Shown here: positions 19,484 through 28,697 of the stretch, in pieces
Layout: each line of letters starts with the position of its first letter
Numbering within the stretch: the stretch's first letter is position 1
NCBI GenBank assembly: GCA_963677485.1
Contig: OY781964.1
Coordinates: 3,872,001 to 3,936,000, forward strand
Direction of reading: 5' to 3'
Source of the DNA: Armatimonadota bacterium
GTDB lineage: Bacteria; Armatimonadota; HRBIN16
Length of the DNA stretch: 64,000 nucleotides
Position numbers and translations under genes: made by a program
The notes under the pieces: model-generated
Told to the model about the DNA's origin: nothing
Seen by the model: the letters and a program-made list of their open reading frames with translations, nothing else
Database searches by the model: none

Positions 19484-19513
19484 CAATCGCGCCACTATAC
19501 CGTGGCGCGATTG
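19484..19513. terminator. 12-bp hairpin between convergent genes
   Basis: CAATCGCGCCAC-TATACC-GTGGCGCGATTG; no strong U-tract, so it could instead be a REP. Confidence 0.5.
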
Positions 19514-19559
19514 GTCGATGTGTATAGGTATATGCCGTATCTATTGATGAATTGGCGAA

Positions 19560-21737
19560 CTACTTCAACCCCTCCAGCCGTGAGATGACTTCATCCTGCA
19601 GTGTCTTGCCGATGTTGGTGAAGTCGGCACTGTAGCCGGCGATGCGGATCATCAGCCCGTGGTACTGCTCAGGATGGGCTTGGGCGAGCTTCAAAGTTTC
19701 CGAATCCATGAAGTTGATCTGCAACTGACTGCCGCCCATGGCCACGTAGGCCTTGATGAGCGCCACGATGTTGGTTCGAGCTTCACTGGTGCGTGCATCA
19801 GCCGGGGCCAGCCAGATGGTGCTGACATTCCCACCCTGCAGATGTGAATGATCTAGCGTATAAAGTGACCTCAGTGTGTTGGTGACGCCCCGGTTGGCGA
19901 AGCCCTGCGATCCCGCCATCGAGTCCGCGAGTGTGTCGCCATTGCGGCGGCCGTCCAGCGTGTTTCCCATGTATCGCCCGTAGTCGATGTGCATGTTCTG
20001 CCCGCCGGAGAGATGCCCAAGTGCGATCGCCTTCCGTAATGGCGTAGAGCGCGATTCCAGGGCTTCCGAGAGCATCTTGACCAGTTTCGCGGCGAGATGG
20101 TCTACCTCTGGCTCACCTTGTCCAAATTTGGGCATTGCCTTCACCTGTTTTCGGAATGCCTCATCGCCGTCATCTAGCCGTGCTATGATCTCAGCCGGGC
20201 TCTCGTGCTGCTTATACACCAAGGTTGACCAAGAATAGAGCATATCAGCCGCGTTTGGCAGCCCGATGGCGGCGTATTGTGCCATAGTGTTCACCGCACC
20301 GCCTTTGGTCAGATCAAGGCCCTTCTCCAGACAGCAAGGCATGAACATGCTGAAACCCAGATACAGTGGGCTGGTTTCGTCCATCCATATGGTGGTGTCG
20401 CGCACGGCGTCGGCCACGATGTCGATGTGCTGCTGCATTCTGAGCCAGAGGGTTTGCTCCGATGGCTCATCTGACGCGGCGGTTTCGCGGATGACATCGT
20501 CGACAAGCAAAGCCAGGTTGATCCAGCCATTGGGTGATCCCCAGTTGCTTTTCCCCGGGCTAACTACCTCAGTGCATCCGCCAAGAGCATATCCACGTGC
20601 CTGTTCCGTTGGGATACCAACGCGTTCCAGACCCCTGATGATGGGCTCGTCTCCATAGAAGTTAGGCTCTGAAAGGCCCTCCGCCAGCATCTGCACCGCA
20701 AAGTCAATGACCTCGTCCGGTGTGGTGGTGTTCAGGCGGACATATACGGTGGGGCGTGAGAGCCGCACATTGCGGATAGCCTTCAGGTAGAGCATGGTCA
20801 GCTCGTTGCAGGCATCCGAGCCGTCAGGGTGTAGCCCGCCCAGCGTGAGGGTGTGGATGCTGCTGACATTGCTGTCGGCCTCCGAGTAGTCACGGTGCGC
20901 TTTGATGAGCAGGCACTCGATCAGTTCCTGGGCCTCCTCTGGCGTGATGCGGCCCTCGGCAAGGTCTTTGCGGTAGAAGTCGATGAACAACTGGTCATGC
21001 CGTCCCATATCCCAACTGCAGGTATGGTAGAAGAACCAATAGCTCTGCAGAGCCTCACGGAAAGTCCCTGCCGGTTTCGCAGGCACCTTGCTGCAGATGG
21101 CTGCGATCTCCCGCAGCTCCTTCGCTCGTTGAGGATATTCTTCGCAATCAGCCATTCGCAAGGACTCAGTTGCGTAATTTGCGGCCAGTTGCATCACGGC
21201 TTTATGAACTGCGATATAAGCTTGAGTGAAGATTAGCTCCTCACCGCTTCGGTCTTTTGCCAGCTCCTCAGCACGCCCGATGATGCCCTCGCAACCGATA
21301 TTGATCAGGGCTTCATAGTCTGCGATGCGGTGGCAATGGGCGGTCATGGGAGAAATCAGGCTGCGTAGTGCCATCGCCTTCAAGTCCGCACGATCCGGGG
21401 GTACCATCTTGGCGTATTCAGGCACGTAGGCATCGCCGTCAGGAACCCATCCGCCAACCTCAGGACTGTCTTGAGGAGCTCGCAGCCGTGCGCCGACGAT
21501 TAACTCACCCGGTCGGATGTAAGGCGGCAGGTGGCTCCAGATCGCGGAGGTGGCCATTGCGAACTGCTCTATGGGATGTGCCGGAGATACCGCACCATAA
21601 GTCCGGCAGGTCTCAGCCCACTGAATCCATGGGGTGAATTTCATGTTCGCGGCTTCGTGGGCCATCATCTCAGTGCGGGGGGTGATTCCTCTGCGCAGTG
21701 CGCTTTGAAGGCCCCGTGATACTGTTGCTACTGCCAT
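19560..21737 (-). CDS. Glycyl radical enzyme (PFL-like superfamily), substrate unknown
   Basis: Cys loop ALGGCTEV; Gly loop LMIRIAGYSADF; MGRHDQ; TLDGRRNG. Confidence 0.9.
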   Translation of the reverse strand: MAVATVSRGLQSALRRGITPRTEMMAHEAANMKFTPWIQWAETCRTYGAVSPAHPIEQFAMATSAIWSHLPPYIRPGELIVGARLRAPQDSPEVGGWVPDGDAYVPEYAKMVPPDRADLKAMALRSLISPMTAHCHRIADYEALINIGCEGIIGRAEELAKDRSGEELIFTQAYIAVHKAVMQLAANYATESLRMADCEEYPQRAKELREIAAICSKVPAKPAGTFREALQSYWFFYHTCSWDMGRHDQLFIDFYRKDLAEGRITPEEAQELIECLLIKAHRDYSEADSNVSSIHTLTLGGLHPDGSDACNELTMLYLKAIRNVRLSRPTVYVRLNTTTPDEVIDFAVQMLAEGLSEPNFYGDEPIIRGLERVGIPTEQARGYALGGCTEVVSPGKSNWGSPNGWINLALLVDDVIRETAASDEPSEQTLWLRMQQHIDIVADAVRDTTIWMDETSPLYLGFSMFMPCCLEKGLDLTKGGAVNTMAQYAAIGLPNAADMLYSWSTLVYKQHESPAEIIARLDDGDEAFRKQVKAMPKFGQGEPEVDHLAAKLVKMLSEALESRSTPLRKAIALGHLSGGQNMHIDYGRYMGNTLDGRRNGDTLADSMAGSQGFANRGVTNTLRSLYTLDHSHLQGGNVSTIWLAPADARTSEARTNIVALIKAYVAMGGSQLQINFMDSETLKLAQAHPEQYHGLMIRIAGYSADFTNIGKTLQDEVISRLEGLK

Positions 21738-21780
21738 TTTCCGTGCGATCCTCCGGTGTGGTTTGGGTGCGTATGGTTAT

Positions 21781-21848
21781 ATTGTAAAGAGCTATTGGTA
21801 GTCTATCCTTGACGATATGGCCAAAAACCCGCATAATATGGCCATAAC
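21781..21848. promoter_or_regulatory. Divergent promoter region with candidate AraC operator
   Basis: + strand TTGACG-17-CATAAT (21809-21837); direct repeat ATATGGCCA at 21815 and 21836; - strand TACAAT at 21781-21786. Confidence 0.65.
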
Positions 21849-21865
21849 ACAGGAATGGGGTAACT

Positions 21866-22732
21866 ATGAGCACGGAGATCGTCTACTACCAGTTCCCGGA
21901 TGATGGGTTGCCGATCGATGTGATGATGGTGGACACCCCGGAGTTCAGCTATCCCATCCACACGCACCCTTTCATTGAGCTGGTGTTGATCTTGTCGGGA
22001 CAGGGCACACATGTGCTGGGCGATACGCCGGTGCCGGTGCAGGCGGGGGATGTGTTTGTGGTGGTGCCAGGCAACGTCCATGCCTACTTGAACATGGCCC
22101 GGTTTCGGTATATCAACGTGCTATTCCAGCAGGAGGCACTCAGCGAGGAACTGCCGGACCTGCGCCGAATCCCCGGGTATCACGCGCTTTTTGAACTGGA
22201 GCCGCACCTGCGCCTACAAAACGGCGGGAGAAGCCGGCTCCACCTCAATGCGGAAGACATCCCGTATGTGATCGCCAGGGCGGAACAGATACGCACCGAG
22301 CGGAGAAGCACGGAGCCTGGTTATAAGCTGGTGGTGAAAAGTGCTCTGGTGCAGTTGGTGGTGTTTCTTTCGCGACGCTACGAGCAGATGGAGCACCACT
22401 CAGCGAAGATGCTGGTCAACCTGGGCGAGGTGATCAGCTACATGGAGCGGAACTACAGCTCAGCGATCTCCCTGCCGGAGTTGGCCAGAGTGGGTTGCAT
22501 GTCGCAGCGTAACCTGATTCGGCAGTTCCGCACCGCCACGGGCCATTCGCCCGTGGACTACATGATTCGTCTGCGAATCCGTCATGCGCTGGAGCTGCTG
22601 CGGGATGAGAATCTGAGCGTCTCCCAGGTATCAGCCAGGGTTGGGATAGGTGACAGCAACTACTTCACCAGGCAGTTTGCCCGCGTGATGGGCATGACAC
22701 CCCGACGCTACCGCTCTTCATTGAAGGAGTGA
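21866..22732 (+). CDS. AraC family regulator (RhaR/RhaS-like, cupin + HTH)
   Basis: HTHPFIELVLILSGQGTH; VGIGDSNYFTRQFARVMGMTPRRYR. Confidence 0.93.
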   Translation: MSTEIVYYQFPDDGLPIDVMMVDTPEFSYPIHTHPFIELVLILSGQGTHVLGDTPVPVQAGDVFVVVPGNVHAYLNMARFRYINVLFQQEALSEELPDLRRIPGYHALFELEPHLRLQNGGRSRLHLNAEDIPYVIARAEQIRTERRSTEPGYKLVVKSALVQLVVFLSRRYEQMEHHSAKMLVNLGEVISYMERNYSSAISLPELARVGCMSQRNLIRQFRTATGHSPVDYMIRLRIRHALELLRDENLSVSQVSARVGIGDSNYFTRQFARVMGMTPRRYRSSLKE

Positions 22733-22750
22733 TGTTGCTAGTATCTCGTC

Positions 22751-22831
22751 GTAGGGGCGCACCTTGTGAGCGCCTTAAACTAGGACTATCGCAAGAACAA
22801 CGATTAGGGCGCCCACAAAGGACGCCCCTAT
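22751..22831. repeat. Inverted GTAG-type REP doublet (REPIN-like)
   Basis: GTAGGGGCGCACCTTGTGAGCGCCT and inverted partner AGGGCGCCCACAAAGGACGCCCCTAT. Confidence 0.78.
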
Positions 22832-22879
22832 GGCACTATCAGTTACAGCCTAAGCCGCCATGTCAGCAGGGGAAGATGC

Positions 22880-23671
22880 TTACCCCGGAATTTCGCCAAC
22901 ACCCTTCAGCACGATGCCAGGGTTGTACGGGTAGCGGTTCATGCTGCGTTCGTCGCTGACGCCGCTCAACACCAACACTGTCTCGATTTCGCTTTCTATA
23001 CCCGCAATGATGTCTGTGTCCATACGGTCACCCACAATCACCGTGTCTTCGCGCTTGGCACCCAGCCGTCGCAACGCGTGGCGCATCATCAGCGGGTTCG
23101 GTTTACCAACATAGTAGGCCTTTCGGCCGGTGGCCAGTTCGATCGGGGCCGTCAGAGCACCGCAAGCGGGCACAATGCCACGCTCGGTGGGGCCGGTGAC
23201 ATCAGGGTTCGTGCCGATCAGCTTGGCTCCCTGACGGACCAGGTGGCTGGCTTTTTCGATCTTGTCAAAGCTGTAGCTGTGTGTCTCGCCAATGACCACA
23301 TAGTCAGGGGTGTAGTCGTTCATGGTGAAGCCCGCCTCATAGATGGCGTTAGTTAGCCCTGCATCACCGATGACATAGGCGCTCCCGCCCGGGCATTGGC
23401 TAGCCAGAAAACTAGCGGTCGCAAGCGCACTGGTGTAGAAGTGCTCTTCACCGACCTGCAAACCCATCCGCTCCAGCTTCTGCGATAGCTCACGGGCGGT
23501 TTGCTGACTGCCATTCGTCAGAAAAAGATATTTTTTGTTGCTGAGCTGAAGCCACTCCAACAACTCCTTGGCACCGGGCAGCAGGTTGGGGCCGTGGTAA
23601 ATCACACCGTCCATGTCGCAGATGAAAGCCGGTTTATTTCGGATAGCCTCAATGGTAATGCGTATCTCCAA
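22880..23671 (-). CDS. nagD: HAD subfamily IIA hydrolase, NagD-like
   Basis: CDMDGVIY, LTN, TNPD, GKP, GDRMDTDI. Confidence 0.88.
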   Translation of the reverse strand: MEIRITIEAIRNKPAFICDMDGVIYHGPNLLPGAKELLEWLQLSNKKYLFLTNGSQQTARELSQKLERMGLQVGEEHFYTSALATASFLASQCPGGSAYVIGDAGLTNAIYEAGFTMNDYTPDYVVIGETHSYSFDKIEKASHLVRQGAKLIGTNPDVTGPTERGIVPACGALTAPIELATGRKAYYVGKPNPLMMRHALRRLGAKREDTVIVGDRMDTDIIAGIESEIETVLVLSGVSDERSMNRYPYNPGIVLKGVGEIPG

Positions 23672-23790
23672 GATTTCTCTCCCGTAAGCTGATCTTTACA
23701 ACACCATTGTACTGCACGGATGTTAACAACAGCATTTGGTGTTCCCATATCACGCTGTCGCCGTGTAAAATGATCAAGGAGGGTAATACA

Positions 23791-25128
23791 TTGACTACTA
23801 TCACCAATATTCACGCTTACCAGCTTTTTCAACGAAACAATAACGGCAAGGCGACGGTCTCCGTGGAGGGCACTGGCCAACCCTCATCCTCTTTGGTTGT
23901 GGAGGGAGCCGGATTTACAAGCCAGCAGGCGGTGACCCTCAGTGCAGACCGATGGTCTGCTGATGTGGAACTGCCGACAGGAGGACCATATACACTCTCT
24001 TTAGACGGTGTGATGGTGACCCCGCTGTTTGTGGGTGACATCTGGGTTCTAGGTGGACAAAGCAACATGGAAGGCTGCGGAGATATGGTGGACATGGAGA
24101 CATCCCACCCGCTAGTGGTCTCCTATAATCTGGCCGAAAAGTGGGAGCAGGCCGAAGAGCCGCTGCACTGGCTGATGGACTCCATAGATAGCTGCCACAT
24201 TTCGCAGGAAGAACCGGCGCACAGTGAGGCGATTGCAGAGGCCCGACGCGTGCGCACGAAGGGTGCGGGATGCGGGCTTTCCTTCGCTAAGTATATGGTG
24301 GAAGCCACAGGAGTTCCGATTGCACTGCTTCCCTGCGGTCACGGCGGAACCCGCATGTGGGAGTGGGATCCCTCGATGCTCGAGCTTGGCGGAGCCAGTT
24401 TGTATGGCAGCATGATGCGCCGCATCGACGTGGTCGGTGGAAAAGTAGCCGGGATGCTGTGGTATCAAGGCTGCAGCGATGCCATGACGCCTGGTGACCC
24501 TCCGCTGTTTGCCCAGCGGCTTCGCGATTTTGTCACAGCGGTGAGAACGCATCTGAATATGCCGGAGTTGCCGTTCTACCAGGTGCAGATCGGCAAGGTT
24601 TTTGTAGAACCCAACAAAGATCTGGTGGTTTGGTGGAATCAAATTCAGAACGACCAGCGGGAATCTGAGATGGACATACCGCATCAAGCGATGGTCAGTG
24701 CCATCGACTTGCCCAACGACGACCTGATCCACATCGGCACTTGGGCCCAAAAGCGGCTAGGGTTGCGGTTGGCGAAAATGGCGTTAGGCGAAGTGACCAC
24801 CATCAAACTGGAGCGGGCCTGGCAGTCATCTCCATGCGAAGTGCGTGTGCGGTTCTCTGGTGTGAATGGACGCCTCGTGAGCCCAGGGCAGTTGAGCGGC
24901 TTCAGCCTGCGCACGGTCGATGGCGAGCCTTACCACAGCCTTTATAACCAAAAAGTTGATGAGGCGAATCCTACGGAGGTTCTCTTGAAAATCCAGGATC
25001 CGCTCAGAGAAGATTTGGTTGTGTGGTATGGATGGGGGCTTTATCCGCTATGCAACCTGGTGGACGAACAGGATATGCCAGTGGCGGTGATGGGGCCGAT
25101 TAACATCGAAAGGCTGCCGCTGGAATGA
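23791..25128 (+). CDS. Sialate O-acetylesterase / SASA (DUF303) SGNH esterase
   Basis: GGQSNMEG, WYQGCSD, DxxH (DLIH); AAGGAGG RBS before TTG 23791. Confidence 0.85.
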   Translation: MTTITNIHAYQLFQRNNNGKATVSVEGTGQPSSSLVVEGAGFTSQQAVTLSADRWSADVELPTGGPYTLSLDGVMVTPLFVGDIWVLGGQSNMEGCGDMVDMETSHPLVVSYNLAEKWEQAEEPLHWLMDSIDSCHISQEEPAHSEAIAEARRVRTKGAGCGLSFAKYMVEATGVPIALLPCGHGGTRMWEWDPSMLELGGASLYGSMMRRIDVVGGKVAGMLWYQGCSDAMTPGDPPLFAQRLRDFVTAVRTHLNMPELPFYQVQIGKVFVEPNKDLVVWWNQIQNDQRESEMDIPHQAMVSAIDLPNDDLIHIGTWAQKRLGLRLAKMALGEVTTIKLERAWQSSPCEVRVRFSGVNGRLVSPGQLSGFSLRTVDGEPYHSLYNQKVDEANPTEVLLKIQDPLREDLVVWYGWGLYPLCNLVDEQDMPVAVMGPINIERLPLE

Positions 25129-25706
25129 AGATAGGGGTCAGTGCCGTACAAGGCGACTTCCATGCCCATATCGCCGCACTGACACAGTGCGGGGTTGACG
25201 TTGTCGAGGTGCGCCTGCCGGCGCACCTCGACGGTATCGATGGGTTGGTGATACCGGGGGGCGAAAGCACCGCCATCATCAAAATGATGCGGTTGTATGG
25301 TCTAGATAGTGCCATCTGTGAGCGGGCCGGAGCGGGGTTGCCTATCTATGGCACCTGCGCAGGATTGATCGTGATGGCCCGGCAGATCGCTGACTACCCA
25401 GAGCAGCCCTCCCTCGGTCTGTTGGACATCGTGGTGCGGCGGAACGCCTTCGGGCGGCAGGTGGACAGTTTCGAGACCGAACTGAGTATCCAAGGTGTGC
25501 CAGGGGATCCCATGATGGCGGTGTTTATCCGTGCTCCCTACGTGCAGAGCGTGGGTAATGGTGTGGAAGTGCTGGCTGAGGTGAAGGGGCATCCCGTTTT
25601 AGTGAAGCAGGGCAACCTGCTGGGAGGCGCGTTTCATCCAGAGCTAACCAACGACTTGAGGCTGCATGAGCTGTTCCTGCGTATGGTCCAAGATGGCAAT
25701 AAGTAG
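25125..25706 (+). CDS. pdxT: Pyridoxal 5'-phosphate synthase glutaminase subunit
   Basis: PGGEST, GTCAG, RNAFGRQVDSFE, FIRAP, FHPEL. Confidence 0.96.
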   Translation: MKIGVSAVQGDFHAHIAALTQCGVDVVEVRLPAHLDGIDGLVIPGGESTAIIKMMRLYGLDSAICERAGAGLPIYGTCAGLIVMARQIADYPEQPSLGLLDIVVRRNAFGRQVDSFETELSIQGVPGDPMMAVFIRAPYVQSVGNGVEVLAEVKGHPVLVKQGNLLGGAFHPELTNDLRLHELFLRMVQDGNK

Positions 25707-25712
25707 CACTCG

Positions 25713-26141
25713 ATGGCCATAATACTGGCAATCGACTTCGGCAAGGCGCGTCTTGGCCTGGCAATCTGTGATGGTCTGGAGATGATGGCGCACCCGTTGC
25801 GCACGATTCATCGTCAAAGCAACCTCAAAGATACGGAGATCATCAAGCATATCTGTGTGGAACGTGAGGTCGATATATTGGTGGTGGGTATGCCGTTCTC
25901 TCTGTCGGGCCAAAAGCAGATCGCAGCGGAGGCAGTCGACCGATTTATCGACTTCCTGAGGGAGAATATCGCATTGCCTATCGACACCGTCGACGAACGT
26001 CTGACCAGTGCGGAGTCGAACAAGCGGCTGATCGAAATGGACATCAGCCGAAAAAACCGGAAGAATGTGGTGGACCAAATGGCGGCAGCCCTGATTCTGG
26101 AAAACTACCTCGCCAGACGGCGATGTGCAAAGGACAGCTAG
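25713..26141 (+). CDS. ruvX: YqgF/RuvX pre-16S rRNA nuclease
   Basis: LAIDFGKARLGLA, VVGMP, DERLTS, DQMAAALIL. Confidence 0.95.
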   Translation: MAIILAIDFGKARLGLAICDGLEMMAHPLRTIHRQSNLKDTEIIKHICVEREVDILVVGMPFSLSGQKQIAAEAVDRFIDFLRENIALPIDTVDERLTSAESNKRLIEMDISRKNRKNVVDQMAAALILENYLARRRCAKDS

Positions 26142-27149
26142 TTGGCAGCAAAGAAACGGAGACCGAACAATCGAGGATCAGTGATCTTGCTGCTGGTATC
26201 GCTGATCATCGTTTCAGCTTACGCTGTCTACATCGCATTTACACCGGTTGGTGAAGGGCCATCGAAGCTGGTGGCTGTGGGGGAGGGGGCGACCGCTCAG
26301 AGAGTGGCGACTCGGCTAAAGTCACGTGGGGTGATTCGCAGCGAGATCGCCTTCCAGCTGGTGGTTCGCTGGCAAAAGCAGGCTTCCAAGCTTCAACCGG
26401 GCACCTACGAAGTCAGCCCCGCCATGACCTTGGTCGATATCGCCAACATGATCGCATCGGGGCACACGGCGTTGGGCATGGTGACCATTCCCGAAGGCTT
26501 CACAGTTAAACAAATTGCCGGCAGACTGCAGCAAGCGAAGGTCTGTTCGGAGCAGCAGTTTATAGATTTCTGCACCACAAGCGGTAAATCACTGACTGCA
26601 CCCTACAAACTTCCCGCTAACCTTGAAGGGTATCTATTTCCAGACACATATCATCTTCCAGTGGGGTTGGGTGCCCGTGCTTCGGCACAGGAAATGGTCT
26701 CGGCCACAACCCGGCAACTCTATAAGCCCAACCTGAAAGCCATCGTGTCACAGAAGCTGATCTTTCACCAACTTCTAACGGTGGCGTCGCTCATCGAGCG
26801 TGAGGCTAAAGTGGCGGTTGACCGCCCCATGATTTCCGGCGTGATACGCAATCGGCTGGCCAAGGGAATGAGGCTTCAAATTGATGCGACTGTTCTCTAT
26901 GCGAAGAAGCAGCATCAGGCCATTGTATACCGCAAGGATCTGTGGGTAGAATCACCATATAACACCTACAGAAATGCAGGGCTTCCGCCGGGGCCGATCG
27001 CCTCACCAGGCGTCAGCTCATTCAAGGCTGCATTGAAGCCCGCCGGTACCAAAGCTTTGTATTACGTCGCAAGGCTTGATGGATCCCATCTGTTTTCGGA
27101 CACATACGAAAAGCATCTGGCAGCCGTAAAACGCGTCAGAAGGAGATAA
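26142..27149 (+). CDS. mltG: Endolytic murein transglycosylase
   Basis: TIPEG, LEGYLFPDTY, ASLIERE, LQIDAT, SPYNTY...GLPPGPI. Confidence 0.95.
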   Translation: MAAKKRRPNNRGSVILLLVSLIIVSAYAVYIAFTPVGEGPSKLVAVGEGATAQRVATRLKSRGVIRSEIAFQLVVRWQKQASKLQPGTYEVSPAMTLVDIANMIASGHTALGMVTIPEGFTVKQIAGRLQQAKVCSEQQFIDFCTTSGKSLTAPYKLPANLEGYLFPDTYHLPVGLGARASAQEMVSATTRQLYKPNLKAIVSQKLIFHQLLTVASLIEREAKVAVDRPMISGVIRNRLAKGMRLQIDATVLYAKKQHQAIVYRKDLWVESPYNTYRNAGLPPGPIASPGVSSFKAALKPAGTKALYYVARLDGSHLFSDTYEKHLAAVKRVRRR

Positions 27150-27151
27150 AC

Positions 27152-27739
27152 TTGCCATTCTCGAATAGCACGAAACCGAAAAAGCGAGGATGGATGCGCT
27201 GGTGCCCCGACCAGATGGAAATCAAGGTGACCGATATATCGGCCGATTCGTTGTTAGAGAATGGCTTTCAAGCCGTTTTACTGGACATAGACAACACTAT
27301 CATCCCGTGGCAGGGCATGGTGATTTCGGATGCTGTACACGCTTGGGTAGGCACCTTGCGCAAGGCAGGTATCAAAGTATGCCTGGTGTCTAACACGCAC
27401 AGGCCCAAGCGTTTGTCAGCTCTAGCTCAGTCGCTGGGGGTCGTCCATGTGCCACATGCAGGAAAACCCCGTCGGCGGGGCTTGCGGCAGGCCCTTGAGG
27501 TTCTGGGTGTCGATATCGATCACGCTGTGATGATTGGCGATCAGGTGTTTACCGACATATGGGCAGGCAACCGGATGCGCATGAATACCATACTGGTGCA
27601 GCCTGTAGATGGGCGTGAGTTTTTCGGCACTAAGATCAGCCGTGCGCTGGAGAGGGTTCTGATGTGGGGATATCGCCGTCGGGGCAAGCTGCCTACACAA
27701 AGGAACCTGTCTGCCGATTCTGAGAGTCAAACAAAGTAA
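27152..27739 (+). CDS. yqeG: YqeG family HAD IIIA phosphatase
   Basis: LDIDNT, VSN, AGKP, IGDQVFTDI. Confidence 0.88.
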   Translation: MPFSNSTKPKKRGWMRWCPDQMEIKVTDISADSLLENGFQAVLLDIDNTIIPWQGMVISDAVHAWVGTLRKAGIKVCLVSNTHRPKRLSALAQSLGVVHVPHAGKPRRRGLRQALEVLGVDIDHAVMIGDQVFTDIWAGNRMRMNTILVQPVDGREFFGTKISRALERVLMWGYRRRGKLPTQRNLSADSESQTK

Positions 27740-28591
27740 ATGCATATAGACGGACGCACCAAAATCATAGGGGTGATGGGCTGGCCGGTGGAGCATACGC
27801 TCTCACCCGCCATGCAGAACGCAGCACTTGAAGAGATGGGTATCAACTGGGTGTACGTGCCCATGTCTGTCAACCCAGACGACCTCAGTGATGTGGTGGC
27901 AGGCTTGCGGGCCATCCACTCGCCAGGATGGAACCTCACCATTCCACACAAGCTGAATATCCTCCCACTGCTTGATGTGGTGACGCCTGAGGCGAAAGCG
28001 GTTGGTGCTGTGAACACAGTAGTGCGGCGGGATGATTTGCTGATTGGGTATAACACCGATATTGCAGGTTTTTTACGGTCTGCAGAAAAAGAAGGGTTTA
28101 AGCCAAGTGGTGGCGAACCTGTAATGGTGGCCGGAAGTGGGGGGGTAGCCCGCGCAATTACGTATGCTTTGTCCCACGCCGGTTGCGATTTGACCGTTGT
28201 GAGCAGAAATCTTCAAAAAACCGCCCAGATGTGCGCGGAAATAGAGATAACTGCCAACGTAATAGAGTACCATGATGAACAGGTGCCTTCCATTATGCAG
28301 CGTTCGCAGTTATTAGTTAACGCGACATCACTAGGTATGGGTGCGCAAGCCGATTGCTCGCTGCCCCTGCCGTTGGAATTGCTGAATAAAAGCGCATTAG
28401 TCTTTGATACAGTATATTCACCAGCAGAAACTAGACTGATGAACCAGGCCAGGCAATTAGGGCATCACGCCTGCAATGGGCTTGGAATGTTGCTGATGCA
28501 GGGAGCGGCTGCGTTAGAGTTATGGACACAGAGAGATGTGCCCATAGAATCGATGAACAACGCGATACAGCAAGCGTTTCAGAGCAGATAA
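27740..28591 (+). CDS. aroE: Shikimate dehydrogenase
   Basis: GWPVEHTLSP, NLTIPHK, GAVNT, NTD, NATSLGM, GLGMLLMQG. Confidence 0.95.
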   Translation: MHIDGRTKIIGVMGWPVEHTLSPAMQNAALEEMGINWVYVPMSVNPDDLSDVVAGLRAIHSPGWNLTIPHKLNILPLLDVVTPEAKAVGAVNTVVRRDDLLIGYNTDIAGFLRSAEKEGFKPSGGEPVMVAGSGGVARAITYALSHAGCDLTVVSRNLQKTAQMCAEIEITANVIEYHDEQVPSIMQRSQLLVNATSLGMGAQADCSLPLPLELLNKSALVFDTVYSPAETRLMNQARQLGHHACNGLGMLLMQGAAALELWTQRDVPIESMNNAIQQAFQSR

Positions 28592-28595
28592 CAAA

Positions 28596-28624
28596 TTGCT
28601 CCGCGTGACTGCGTGTGATATAAT
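28596..28624 (+). promoter_or_regulatory. Candidate sigma70 promoter of the type IV filament locus
   Basis: TTGCTC-17 nt-TATAAT with extended -10 TG. Confidence 0.6.
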
Positions 28625-28697
28625 CGCGTTGATGTTGCGTTCTAGCAGCAAGAAACCGGACAGCAATTTACAGTTCGAATAAGGGGTTATCACAACG

